From contig NC_068985.1 of NCBI RefSeq assembly GCF_001194135.2, forward strand, positions 30,634,011-30,698,010: 64,000 nt of DNA, written 5' to 3'. Under the pieces are notes generated by a model. It ran no database searches. It saw only the letters and a list, made by a program, of their open reading frames with translations, and was not told the origin of the DNA. The DNA is from Octopus bimaculoides. Its lineage: Eukaryota. Made by a program: the position numbers and the translations under genes. Positions 13,170-26,852 of this stretch are shown here, piece after piece (the first letter of the stretch is position 1; every line of letters begins with the position of its first letter).

Positions 13170-15244
13170 NNNNNNNNNNNNNNNNNNNNNNNNNNNNNNN
13201 NNNNNNNNNNNNNNNNNNNNNNNNNNNNNNNNNNNNNNNNNNNNNNNNNNNNNNNNNNNNNNNNNNNNNNNNNNNNNNNNNNNNNNNNNNNNNNNNNNNN
13301 NNNNNNNNNNNNNNNNNNNNNNNNNNNNNNNNNNNNNNNNNNNNNNNNNNNNNNNNNNNNNNNNNNNNNNNNNNNNNNNNNNNNNNNNNNNNNNNNNNNN
13401 NNNNNNNNNNNNNNNNNNNNNNNNNNNNNNNNNNNNNNNTATATATATAAAAGAAATCTTTCAAACTTCGTCTTGTTATTTAATTTTGCTTTGGGGTTTG
13501 GGGTTTTTTTATTGTTTAATCAATGAAAGCTTTAATTTGTGAAATGATATAAAAAAACAATAATGCTTCTTACCTTTACAAAAACAAAATCCTTTATTCT
13601 CGGAGTATTCGGAAATTTACGAAAATTCAAATAGAAATTGACTGTCTCTGCTTTTGAAATAAATTTCTGTTGTTTTAGATCTGATATAAAAATTATTGGT
13701 CTTAGCGATGAAAATAACAGAAATCAGAGTCAAATGGTCTTTGCAGGTGATGCAAGCAACTGGCTGAGAGTAATCAAAATGTCTTGAATGGTTTTAGTCT
13801 AGAGTATTGGTAAATGTTTATCTCCCCAAGGAACTCTATGAAAGCACCTTTTGCACAGCCACTTTTAGGTAAAATTCTTCTTTGGTCTCGACATCCACCT
13901 AGCGTGTTCTGATCTACTTTATCGTTATGAGAGATTAATACGGCCAAATGTGAACTTTCCAATACGCTTAAAAGAGATTAACGGCTCTTGGCATGTTGCT
14001 ATGGTGAATAAATCTGTAAAGCACACATTCTAAATCTGTCTAAAAGGTTACAAAATAAATAAATAATATAAAAAGTCAATAACCACAGAAAAGGAGGTGT
14101 TGCAGCGGGGAGAACATCTCCTGAGTGGCTGGGGGTTATGGAATGATGCTGGTTGTAACAAAAAAATAAATGTTTCCCATCAATCTACCTTGAGGGGATA
14201 TCATATTTCTCGAATCTTATCCATTGAAGCTTCAACTCACATCATAATACATTTAATAAATACTCATGCACACATGCATACACAGATACACAATTACATA
14301 TGTACACACACTCACACACACCGTATTACCTTCGTTCAGTTAGATCGCCTTAGAAATTCACAACGTTTATATAATATGTTATAAATTTTATTGTTAAGGT
14401 GAAAATAGCAAGCTGGCACAATCTGCCCGGTATTACCCTTTAACTGTCACGTGTGAAGCCAGACAAAATCAAGTATTATGTTAGAGGACAAACAAGTGTT
14501 AAGACAATTAGAGGACAAACAATAACATGATGAAGTGAGTAATTATATAAAGCTATCGTCTCACAAAGCTGATGAATTTCCAAGTTTGTAGTGTACATAT
14601 GCTCAAGTATTTCAAATCCGCACTTGATAAATTTCCTATTTAGCCTTTAGTAATAAATATTTTTATTCCTTTAATACATTATTGCATTTCAAATAAGAGA
14701 TAGTAGAACATCGGTCTTTCGTAACTCTACTTTTGCGTTCAAATCTCACAGAGGTTGCTTTCTTCATTTATCAGTCAATTCAGATGACCTTTCGAAAGTA
14801 ATCCCTAATTATAACAGTGAATAAGGGTCAGTGTTTCAAGTTACAAGCAAACAGCCAGCAAGTCGGGTTCACTAGCGCATTTTTAACCCCCACTTGAATC
14901 CTATTTTCAATCTACATACAATTAACCTTGTATCTAGTCCAAAGAAATTGATATTTTACTTTAAATGAGAATTGTGGAGGTGATCGATATACTCAGAACA
15001 CTTAGCCAAATTCTGTATACTTTACATCTTCATATTCTGATTAAAATTTCCACAGGGTCGATTTTGTCTTTCATTACTCTTTGGTTGACAAAACAGTTAG
15101 GTACCAGTCATATATTGAGTAGATTCAGTTTATCATATCTATTCTGTACAAATATTGGGCTAGTGGATCAGAAAAGAATCAATATTTTGCCTTGAATATT
15201 GACGAGTATTGTTATACTTCTCTGTCACTGTCACTCATAAGAAA

Positions 15245-15343
<99 letters not shown>

Positions 15344-15369
15344 AAAAATACTTTACTTAAGATAAGTTC

Positions 15370-15680
15370 AGTCTGTCTTTTGTTCTGCGGTACTTGCCTC
15401 TATCTGAATAAATATTTCCGCTGCTCTACGTCTGTTGCTCGACGTTCTACCGTAGAGCGAGCAGAAATCTCTGAATTAGCTAAAAACAACGGGGCAATTT
15501 CAATTCCAATAGTACAATACTTTATAAGAACATAAAGTATAACGTTAATTGGCCTATTATAACTTCAACCGAACCTTGCTAATGCAATGGACGAGTCTGC
15601 AAACTTTGCGTGAGGCCAAAGAAATTCTATTAGCCAATGCGAAATAATTATAAACTATATTTCTTTACCCCACCATTTAC
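15370..15680 (+). mobile_element. Penelope-like element remnant (GIY-YIG C-terminus)
   Basis: NIKYNVNWPIITSTEPC*CNGRVCKLCVRPK resembles the PLE terminal pattern W.I....Y.N....C.LC. Confidence 0.5.
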
Positions 15681-15959
15681 TCTTTCAATTTTTCTTCCGG
15701 TTTCTTCCTGCTCTCTCTCCATTGGATTTGTTTTTTTTATTTTTTGACTACCCTTAATAACTACTAAGTTAAGAAAAGAGATTCATACTTTGCCATATTT
15801 GTACCACTAGAAATTCCTAATCTATTTCCTTACTATTTACTTGCTTCTTTATGAAACACCTTCGGCTGTCAAACTTGACCTTTTCGCAATTCTCTCTAAA
15901 TTACTAGCATATAGACTCTAGCGGAATGACTCATCGACATGACTACTTCACTTACAATA

Positions 15960-16760
15960 TGGAAAACTGCCGAATACTACGTGCTTTTCGGATGCTTTCT
16001 AAAACATAATAATATGAATGCACCTTTTCAAATGGCATGAAGAATCTACTCAATTGTATCTAGTCCCGAAATCCAGAAGAAACAGATTAAAAAACTGAAA
16101 TGTATATTACTCAAAAGACAATAATACCTCGTGGCTTTAATCATTAACAGAATAGAATAGAACCACCTAAGAATTATGAAAAGTAAAAAAATACCCCTGA
16201 CACAATATCTTGCTTTATATATCAACACACAATCCAAGAAACACGGAAACGTACAACATCATCCATGAGAGTATTCCATTTTTCGATGAATAATCCAGGA
16301 ATGAAAAAAAACACTCAAAACACGCAAAGTTAGACATAGTATTTAGAAAGTTATTTTCTAGCACCAATTTACACTCCAATAGTCCAAAAATGTAACCGTT
16401 TTAACTGTGGAATCTCCATCAACCTCATTGAGAGCTTGACATATGAATTTAAATAAGGTCCAATATTTACCATAAAACGTCATTTCACTTGTGCATCAAG
16501 AAATTTCATTTATGTATTATCAAATGCAATGGTTGTGAGAAAGACTATACAGAACAAATATAATTAACTCTGATACACAGAATGACCGTTTACCGTCAAC
16601 AGATACGACACTCCAGTACCATGAAAATACATTTGGATCTTTATCCAACAAACAGACATCTCAAATTTTCCCTTTATATCAATGTATCGGGAGCACATCA
16701 GTTCAATTCTGATTCAGGAAAAAAACATCTTTGTTAAGAAATATTAACCAAAATAAATAC
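15960..16760 (+). mobile_element. Penelope-like element remnant (RT end, CxxC linker, GIY-YIG)
   Basis: KHNNMNAPFQMA*RIYSIVS..., KCNRFNCGISINLIE..., KRHFTCASRNFIYV...; typical PLE RT-to-endonuclease order, frameshifted. Confidence 0.7.
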
Positions 16761-17947
16761 TGTATAATAAAATGAAAGAATGAGAAAACACTGTATTTTC
16801 GACTCAAATAAACAACTAAAACCAACAAAAATAATAAAAATAAATGAAAAGTAGAGGCAACGGGCTCCTTTCGGGATACGAAACCCTAACATCAACCAAC
16901 TGTGTAATTACATTTTCGAACTTCTTTGCTGCCGTCTTGCTAGTATTGGTTAATTGAACTATGTTTTTGCTTAAAATCGGAGTCTGAGGGGGGAAAAAGG
17001 AAAACAAGTGATGTTATTAAGCATTCAGTCGACCGAAACATTAGAAAATAAGTGACGTCTTAAACGAGTCAGCCAACCAGAACGTTAGGCTACTGTCAGA
17101 CAAAAATAAGCGGCGTTTTTGAGTAAGTATCGAATCAGAACTTGAGCCTATGATTTGAAACCAACAAATACAAGGCAGTATCAGCTTGAAACATCGTTCA
17201 AGTTTCCCTTTTGAAATAGTATAGCAAACAACGAGCAATTCTATTTCATAGAACTCGATAGAGCTTTAAAAAAAAAAAGGTTTTCCTTATATTTTTAAAT
17301 TTTCATCAAGGCGGTGCCCCAGCATGACCACAGTCTATTGACTGAAACAAACAAATAAATTTAAAAAATCTAATTGCTAACATAATTTATTGCTACGAAT
17401 CTTTTCAAATTTCTCGTATTGTTGCTACGAAATTTATCGAAGATTTGAACTTTCATAATTTGATATTTGTGTGAAATTTATTGAACACTTGAATTCTCAT
17501 CATATAATTTTGTTATGAAATCTATTGAACATTTGATTTTTGAGCATGTTTTATTGCTATGGAACTTTTTCTTAGGCATTTTCCTTTAATTTTTTCGCTT
17601 TAGTTTAATCATTTTTATTTACCAATGAGAAACAAAAAGAAAAACGGTTGAAACTAATATGGTATTTTAATAATTAAAAATTTTTTAAACTAAAATTTGC
17701 TTTAGGGCCCAAAAGGAATTGACAAAAGAATAGTAGTGCAAGAGTTTTAAAAGCTGGAGGAAGCAAGGAGGAAGATTAAGGCAAGGAGAGGAAGGATATA
17801 AGCGGCGTAGGAAGTGGTACAGAGGTAGAGAGGAAATACAAGACAGGGAGAGGGAGAAGGATTTCTATGACGTATGAGGGAAGGAAAAGAGGTTGAATAG
17901 GTGAAACGGAGAGGCGGGAAAAAGGTAAAGGCCAAATGAATGTGGTA

Positions 17948-18205
17948 AAAGGAAGCACCACTGGTGTTTGGGAATCTCACTTAGCAGGCTTTAAATCAAT
18001 TAGGAATAATAGCTGGCTATACAAAGAGACAAGAAGAGACAAGCAAAGAACTAAAAAAATAGGGAGTGGCAGAAGTGAAAGGAAGCACCACTGGAGGTCG
18101 GGAATCTCACCAAGCAGACTTTCAGTCAATTAGGAATAGTAGCTGACTATACGGAGAAACAAAAAGTTACAAGCAATTAATTAAAGGAATAGGGGTGGGG
18201 ATAGA
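17948..18205. repeat. Diverged tandem dimer of about 130 bp
   Basis: GGAAGCACCACTGG...GGGAATCTCAC...TCAATTAGGAATA occurs at about 17951 and about 18081. Confidence 0.7.
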
Positions 18206-18608
18206 GGAGGAGAAAGATATGCTGAGACAAGGAGAAAGGTACAAGGAGAATAAAAAACAAAATGCCGCAAGCAAAGCTTTGTAATAAGTAAGTACTTAAC
18301 AATAATTAGGAGAAATGCTAATGGGCAAATGTGGAATAAAATTTGTGTCTGCATGAGTAGATTACGTCAGAAAGCCTATTGAATAACAAGGGGTTGCGCT
18401 GGCGAGGGATAGCGAGTGATTCCCTGCAACACAACTTACAAATACGGTGGTTAGTATTGTACAGGGAAACGGGGAAACCCCACAAACAACAAACCAGATA
18501 GGATATAGAGAATATTCTGGGACTTGAGGTGGTGTATGTATGCAACTAGAAAGGTAGAGAGTCTATATATATATATTGTACATACAAGAAGTACTGGTTC
18601 CAATATAT

Positions 18609-19157
18609 AAACAATATATGAGTATATGCATATATATGTACATGTATGTATATACGTTCATCTACATGTACATATAGATACATAACTGGGTACATGACGT
18701 GGCAAAAGAACAAGGACAAAATGGTAAACAAGGTGCAACAAACAAGCAGGACACATAGAAACATCCCCTTCATCAGCTGCCACCATTAAAACTCCGGCGT
18801 TTCGAAGAATTAAGGCAGTACGCATCGTTAAAATGGTTCTTCCCACGAACACAAATTAAATTGTTTTCGTGGAGGGTAGTGGAGGACGGAAAACAAGACA
18901 GGAAAACGAAACGGTGAAATAAACAAACAAAAAGGCTGTACAGCCAGACGTGAAGNNNNNNNNNNNNNNNNNNNNNNNNNNNNNNNNNNNNNNNCTGTGA
19001 AGCACGTACAGGAGGGGCAAAGAAGTACGTGCGAGCTTGGTGATTCCAAGAATGAAAAGAAATAGCAGCCGGACACACGTGACCAAGGCTGTGTGAAGAG
19101 AAAGAGTAGCAGAGGGAAAATGATGGGAGGAAGTAGAATAAAAGTGAGCAACGAGAG

Positions 19158-19199
<42 letters not shown>

Positions 19200-19450
19200 T
19201 AGTAATAACGGTGAGCGGCGAAGGACGAGTAACAAGAGAAGGAGAGAGAGAGAGAAGTAATGACAGGTAGAGGCGAAGAACAGTAGAGGGAAGAATGAGA
19301 GGGGGAGATAGAAATAGCGAGAGTCGCGTTAGAAAAAATAGTTAAAACTTACTCTATAAAGGTAACGCGTGCGTTCTGTCGTGATACAAACAATATATGA
19401 GTATATGCATATATATGTACATGTATGTATATACGTTCATCTACATGTAC
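18609..19450. repeat. Identical 63-bp direct repeats (18609-18671 and 19388-19450) around a PLE-like insert
   Basis: AAACAATATATGAGTATATGC...TTCATCTACATGTAC appears twice with no mismatch; an N-gap (18956-18994) lies between the copies. Confidence 0.75.
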
Positions 19451-19989
19451 GCTGCCGTTTACAAGATGTAAAAGAATAAACAAGTATATATTTATTAGAT
19501 AGGTATAGCTACATTTCCATGAGTTTAAGTTTCTCACCCAATTGCACATTTTTTAGATAGGTATGATAAAAGTAAAGAATTTCTTTCGAATTACACCTAT
19601 CTGAAGATTGCCCCATTTAACATACAACTTAAAATTAGTTAAATGAAGTGATATTTATCTATCGTATTATAATAATCATTCACTCTACACAACATATTGT
19701 GTATTCTCATTTTCGTTCATGAGGTGTGCGAGCGAGCGTGCGTGCGCGTGTGAGCGTGCACGTTTCTGTCTATTTCACCAGAGAAGTTTACTGTCACTGC
19801 TAAGGTTTCACATGAAAAGGATGGAACCAGTACTTCTTGTATGTACAATTGTATTATTTTACCACGTTGCCAGGTCCCATCATTGACAATAAACAACATT
19901 TGGCGATTTGTTGTCAGAAATAGTGAAGCTTCGTACAGTGTATTCTTTATACTGAATGAAGTTGACATTTCCCTATCAGTAAAAGTATA

Positions 19990-21218
19990 CGAGGGGAAGT
20001 CGAAAATGATTCCCACTTCCGCCAAAACTTTCTTTAATTTAGCTGCACTGCCTTCAGCACTTGCCTGTTAAAACGTAGTACTCTAGTGGCTATATGACCG
20101 AGGTTTCACCTTGATGTCTCTCCGGTGTTTTTTATTGTATTACAGAATAAACATGGCCGGTCTGCTGGCAGTGTGCACCAAGGAAGAACAGATTAGTGAT
20201 CCAGTTTCTCTGGTCTGAAGGTGTATCAGGGGCTGTAATTCATTGCAAACTTTCAGTACAATACGAGGACAGCGCTCTATCGCGTAGAAGTGTGTATGAG
20301 TGGATCGAGAAGTTTAAAAATGGCCGAACAAGAGTGAAGCACAAAGATGGGGCGCTGGACATCCATCAACTTCCACCACTGACGTGAAGATTCAACAAGC
20401 TCGAGAAATGGTTCTAGCGAATCGACGAGTGACCATCAATGATGTGGCATGTTCCCTTCAAATTAGTCATGGTTCTTCGTGCGAAACCATGCATGACAGG
20501 CTTCACTTCAGTAAAGCTACAGCGTTAAAGGTGAAACTTTTTTGGAGAAAATTATCACAAAAGATGAAACTTCTGTCCATCACTTTGAGTCAGAATACAA
20601 AAGGCAGAATATGGAGTGGAAACACCCGGAATCGTCAACCAAACAAAATTCAAGACTCAACCTTCTGCTGAAAAAGTGAAGCTAATCGTTTTGTGGAACG
20701 CAAAAGGACCTATACTGAAATATTACCTAGAGGACTACAGCTATCAGTGTAGGCTACAGTAAAACGCTAGCCAAGAAACTGAAACCAACAACTCATATCA
20801 AACGCAGAAGTCTATTACTAAAGCAAGTGTTACTGTTGGCAACAATACGCGTCTACATACGGCCGCCACACTGCTGAAACTATTGAAAAATTGGGTTTCG
20901 AGTTGCTGGAAGATCCTTCATACAGTCCGGATCTCGTCCCTTCTGACTATCACTTCATTGGACTACTCGAACATCCTTTACAAGGTCATCAATTTGCTGT
21001 TGATGATGTGCAGGAAGCAGTGGAGCAGTGCATAAATGACTGTACGAACAGTTGAAAACTTTCTTCTCCGACGGAATAAGCAAGTTTGTGGACCACTGCA
21101 AGAAGTGCATCGAAAAGCAAGGAGTCGCTGTTGAAAAATGCTGCAATTGTTCAGCCCCTGATTTTGTTTTGATGAATTATAGAATTAAAAGTCTGTATAA
21201 TTTTTTACTTAACCCTCG
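19990..21218 (+). mobile_element. Defective mariner transposon (irritans-like CGAGGG termini)
   Basis: TA-flanked imperfect TIRs (CGAGGGGAAGTCGAAAAT / ATTTTTTACTTAACCCTCG); helix-turn-helix segment SRRSVYEWIEKFKNGRT; degraded DET motif; PYSPDLVPSDYH; frameshifts and an internal deletion. Confidence 0.9.
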
Positions 21219-21449
21219 TATAATGTACGAGCATTCACATAGCGTTTTGTTGTTTAGTAAAATGGTTTACTTTTTAAAATATTTATTGTTTTATGCAAGG
21301 CAAAGGATAACAGTTCGAATCCACTTAATGTTTAGTATCTGTACAGTATTTTTTACTTCCCATCATTAAACCCTGTGCATTAATCTTAATTTCAAGCATA
21401 GAGCAAGTTCAATTTTAAAATTTAGCACTCTTCTATATTAAACTTCTAC

Positions 21450-21690
21450 CTTATACTTGTTTTAGTCATAAGACTGCGGTCATGCTGGGGCATTGCCTTG
21501 AAGAATTTTCTTTTTAGTCAAAGGAATCGAACCCAGTACTTATTCTTTTAAAAGCCTGGTACTTATTCTATCGGAGCATTTTGCTGAACCGCTAGGTTAC
21601 GGGGACGTGAACAATCCGATACCGGTTGTCAAGCAGTGAGGGTGGGGACAAACATAGACATAAATACACAAAGACACACACACACACACT
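21450..21690 (-). mobile_element. Family A SINE, 3' part
   Basis: Reverse-complement similarity to 53450-53643. Confidence 0.65.
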
Positions 21691-21833
21691 ATGACTGTGA
21701 CTTACTTTCAGGTGTTTTTTTTACGCCAGGCGCAGAGAGAATATATTCTCTTTCGCCTAAAAACCGCAACCGACCCACGAACTAACAACACACATATCTT
21801 GTGTATGTGTTCGATTTTGTTTATATACCTCAT

Positions 21834-22226
21834 TGTGGAGGCGCAATGGCCCAGTGGTTAGGGCAGCGGACTCGCGGTCATAGGATCGCGGTTTCGATTC
21901 CCAGACCGAGCGTTGTGAGTGGAGTGTTTATTGAGCGAAAACACCTAAAAGCTCCACGAGGCTCCGTTAGGGGATGGTGGCGAACCCTGCTGTAATCTTT
22001 CACCACAACTTTCTCTGACTCTTACTTCCTGTTTCTGTTGTGCCTGTAATTCAAAGGATCAGCCTTGTCACACTGTGTCACGCTGAATATCCCCGAAAAC
22101 TACGTTAAGGGTACACGTGTCTGTGGAGTGCTCAGCCACATGCACGTTAATTTCACGAGCAGACTGTTCAGTTGATCGGATCAACTGGAACCCTCGACGT
22201 CGTAAGCGACGGAGTGCCAACACAAC
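21834..22226 (+). mobile_element. Full-length tRNA-derived SINE (family B) with 11-bp TSD
   Basis: A box TGGCCCAGTGG, B box GTTTCGATTCC, (CAA)-type tail; TSD ATATACCTCAT at 21823-21833 and 22227-22237. Confidence 0.9.
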
Positions 22227-22613
22227 ATATACCTCATGCTGCTTCTAATTCATATTTGAATTTTTTCCATGGCATGAAACGTTGGGACATGCCGGCAGAT
22301 GGTTTTTAAACCATTTAGCATATAGTCATAGTCGGCGATATGGCTTGCAGCAGGCCTTGATTAGTACACGGCATTGATAGGTCAAAACAATGACGAAACA
22401 TTGATGTCTGTCACTCCGAGAATGGGACCTGATGTAAATTTCTCGCTTTTGACTATGACTTATCTTTGGTGTTTTTTTACGCCAAGCGCAGAAAGAATAT
22501 ATTCTCTTACGCCTAAAAACCGCCGCCGACACATGAACTAACAACATATACCTTGTGTATGTGTGTTCGATTTTGTTCATATACATACCACGAGCTGCTT
22601 CTAATTCATATTT

Positions 22614-22655
<42 letters not shown>

Positions 22656-22864
22656 AACTTCTTTCAGTTTCCGTCAACCAATTTGAAATCCACTCACAAG
22701 GCTTTGGTCGGTTCGAGACTAGAGTCGACACTTGCCCAAAATGTCATGCAGTGGAACTGAATCCAGAGCCATGTGGTTTGGAAGCAAACTTCTCAACTGC
22801 AGAACCATGCCTGCGCGTATTTGTTGCTTCTTTTTCCCTATATTTCACATTTCAATTTTTTTTA

Positions 22865-24134
22865 CAGTATGTCCCAGAAAGATTTACCCATGTTTAAGAC
22901 TCTTCCTAAAGTATATTGGTTCAGGTAATAGTATCTACATTTTACATAAAGATTTGCGTACGTGTTCATGTGTCTATTGTTTCGTTCGTTTATAACAGGT
23001 TTGTAAACAAATATGGCGTCAAAAGCAAAACGTGACCAGATTGTTGCATTGAAAACAGCAAGAGTGAGCAACAAGGACATAACAAAACAATTGAATGTGT
23101 CCCTTAAAACAGTGTTCGATACCAGGAAACGATATATGGCGCCCGCTATTACATCTAGCAAGCCAATTCCTGGTAGGAAACAATCAATTCGTACCAAATA
23201 AACTGTTGAAGCTGTGAAGAAGCAAGTGAACCGAAATCCCCGCAAACGTGCAAGAAAAACTGCAAAAGCTCTTGATATTTCGAAATCGTCAATGCACAGG
23301 ATTTTTAAAGTGGATTTAGAGCTAACTGCATACAAGAAACAATCCCAGCAGTTAATTTCAACAGCTTCCAAGAGGAAAAGGCTCGACAGGGGAAAACCAT
23401 GTTAGCTGAGATGATGCGTACCACTAACAAAGTGTTGATCTGGTCCAATAAGAAGATCTTCACCGTGGAGGCAGTTACCAACAGGCAGAATGACTGGAGA
23501 TTTGCCCGAAGGTAGCAGGAGTCATTTTTGCTGTCAGAAGCCAGCTTCATTCATGGTGTGGGCCGCAGTTGCATCTGATGGGTCCAAGTTTCCCTTGATC
23601 TTCATCGATGCTGGCGTCAAGGTCAACAGTGAAGTTTATGTGGAAATGTTGGATGAGAAAGTGTTACCCAGGGTCACAGAAACCTTTGGTGACCGTTACA
23701 TCTTCACTCAAGACAGGGCTCCGGCCCACATATCCAATTTGACACAGAAGTGGTACAAAGAGCATTTCAGCAGTTTTTGGGATAAGATGATATTGTCCCT
23801 CTCAAATCCAGACATCAATCCCATGGATTTTGCGATCTCGTCCATCTTAGAGAGTGATGTTTCTGCTCACTCCTATTCAAATGTGTCAGATCTGAAGAAA
23901 GCCCTTCTGCCTTCGTGGATCAAGTTGGATAAATAGGTGGTACGGCGCTCATGCAACTCAATGATCACTAGTTTTCAGGCTATGGCCAAGGCGAAAGGTG
24001 GTCATTTTGAAAAGTAATTACTGCAATGGATTGACAATTTACATCAGAACGTGTGTGCCAAATTTCATTATCCTACCTTAAGTTTATTTTGAAATTAAGA
24101 ACTATCAGTGGGTAAATCTTTCTGGGATACCCTG
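22865..24134 (+). mobile_element. Defective maT-family (DD37D) Tc1/mariner transposon
   Basis: 26-bp TIRs CAG...TCCCAGAAAGATTTACCCA with TA flanks; transposase pieces at 23013-23936; 37 residues between QD (TQDRAPAH) and the D of NPMDFA; first catalytic D mutated (WSNKKIF); stop and frameshift present. Confidence 0.9.
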
Positions 24135-24924
24135 TATATCTCATCGATACAGCTCATGAGCAACTGGTAAATTTAAGTAAAATGTTGACTTTTTCAAATT
24201 ACGTTTAGTAGAAAAAATATAATATAATACGGATGCGATCAGAGATACTTTCATAGATGTATTTATTTACTTACATATTTAACCCCGTTACTCTCTATGA
24301 AGCACAGCCCATCGACGATTTCTCTCCACTGTTCTCGACTCTTGTTCTCTTTTTTGTTTCTCTCTAGTTGGATCCCTACTTTTTCAGCTTTCCTTTCGAA
24401 TTTTGCTGCACAGCGTCATGTTTCTTTGAGGAAAGACCCTCTATTCTTACGTCTTGTTGATTATGAATTGTTATCGATGTTTTTTGTCCTAGATAGCCCT
24501 ACTGAAACCCATTTTTATCTCTAGGAAGAAATGGTCCATATTAGTCTGTTTTCTATCCTTTTTCCTGTCTAACATAGCAGACCCTACAGAAAGCTTAAGC
24601 TCTGCTGGTATAGCTCTGTGGGTCTTTGGCACATAAACAACCACACAACATCAAGGACTGAATCTAGTTGTGGTGAGGACGTATCTAGTGGTTCTAAGTA
24701 TTTTTCACCTGGACAATTCATTCAAGCTGGGAGATTTTGGTTACGAGGGATGAAATCAAAATCTGTTTGTGCACTAGGAGTATCGTACCACGCAGCATGG
24801 CCCCATCATGGACGGACAGCATAAAGCTATTTATTGTCGGAAATAGTAACAAACTAGCTCATGCTTTCAACTCCTTATTCAGAGTGATGTCTAGCTTTCA
24901 TTGTCATAATTAGAGGATTTTGTT

Positions 24925-25138
24925 AAGCCTGCAGAATCGTTAGTACGTCCGACAAACTGCCTAGCAGCATTTTGTCCGTCTTTATGTTCTGAGTTCAAAT
25001 TCTGCCGAGGTTGACCTTGCCTTTCATCCTCTCGGGGTCGTTAAAATAGGTACCAGTTGACCAATGGGGTCGATGTAACCGACTTATACCTCCCCTGAAG
25101 TTACTGACCTTGTGCCGAAATTTGAAACCATTATTATA
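24925..25138 (+). mobile_element. Nin/Deu-domain tRNA-derived SINE
   Basis: GCAGAATCGTTAG head, GAGTTCAAATTC B-box-like motif, GCCTTTCATCCTCTCGGGGTCG core, (ATT)n tail. Confidence 0.8.
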
Positions 25139-25911
25139 GTATTTTATGGATGTATTATCATCTTTCTTTTCTTACTGTTTAATAACATTATTTACTTTTG
25201 GTATGGAATGAAGAATTAACCAAGTTAATTCTAACAGCACTTCTATTTCATTTTATTTTCCCAATACATAACTTTGAAAAACTGACTTAAATTCTATGTG
25301 TACCGATGGGATATAAAGATATCAAAGCGTGCAACTACAGAGATTGGGGTTGGAGAGAAGAAACAATATAGAAGAGAATGTGTAAATTTGATTAGATTTG
25401 AACCTACACATTATGCTTTACATTGAAGCTTCAACAGGTGGTGGGAGGAAATATCCTTCTGGAAAAATACAACATACTAAACTTTAACCGGATTACAATT
25501 TTCATCCTATGCTTTGTATTAAATAGTAAAAAAATTACATCTACTGCGAAAATATAAAAAAAGCATAAACAATTCAACTAAACAGCAGAAAACGAAAGAT
25601 GATACGCTATGCAAATGATGGCAAATCCAATATAATATTTTCCACACAGACATATGTGTGTACAAATGTGTAACGTTTCGTGTTTATAAGCGTCTAAGAT
25701 GATATAATGGTAGATGTCATAGCATGTGCATTGGTGTTTCTGCATATCTACCCCCCCCCCCCNNNNNNNNNNCGCAACACACACACACACAACCTTCCTT
25801 TATGCAATGTATCGAGTACCCGTATGTATTATATATTAAAAAAAAATTATACACGATCCCATGCCATTTTACACGCTCATTGTATATACACGCACAATCA
25901 CACATATATAC

Positions 25912-25945
<34 letters not shown>

Positions 25946-26852
25946 GGGGAGAGAGAGAGAGAGAGAGAAGACAGAGATAGACAGAGACAGAGAGAGGGAG
26001 TACGTACGTATGTATGTATGTATGTATGTATGTATGCGTGTATGTATTTTGATCGTTCGCTAATCGCTGATCTTTTAATTTTTCCTGTTTCTCAGTTATT
26101 TTCACTTTTGCGCATTAAATATTTTCTAAATACCGTGTGTCCTTTAGTCTTATTTTATTTTCTTTGTTTTTGGCAAAAACAAAATCCCCGTGAATTAGGC
26201 ATTTATTCTGATTTATTTGTCTCAAATGGGTTTTATGAAATACATCTTTACATCTTTCTAAGTAAGAAATGTCAACATGGCAGTTGTTTTAAGCGGCCTA
26301 TAACTAAGGAAACAGGGAATACCATCATCACAACCATCATTATCAACATCATCATCAACAACAACAACAACACAATGAATAATAATAATGATAATCGCTT
26401 TATTTGCAACAAAATGATGGGAAAATACAAGGACAAATTACAAAAATAGTGGAACAGGGTTTACGCAGAATCGATTTGGTAAAAAGGAAAAATTCCCGGT
26501 GTATTATTTGATCGGATAAGATGTGACATTTAATCTCAATACTATCAGCTTCAGTTTAAATATATCAAAAGGGATTTTTTTTACTGACAATAACTGGAAA
26601 TTTGGAATAATCGCTACCGTATACATTATTTCATGTGAGAGTAAGATGGGTGTACTTGAGTGATGATTCGTTATAAATTTGACAAGTGTTTAAACATGCA
26701 CACACATTATAAGAGATAGAAGAGATTAACTGGAAGAATGGTGGTAAGATAAACTCTTGAGATATTTAACACATATACGATAAGATGTCATATGTGTAAT
26801 AAAACGAGTTGAAAAACTTCGATCAAGTGAGATCATCCAATTAGTTAGTAGA

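Noticed and set aside
21834-21905. tRNA-like sequence with A and B boxes (also 47646-47710 and 53248-53315)
   Set aside because: These are SINE heads continuing into SINE bodies; no complete cloverleaf or acceptor stem, so not called tRNA genes.
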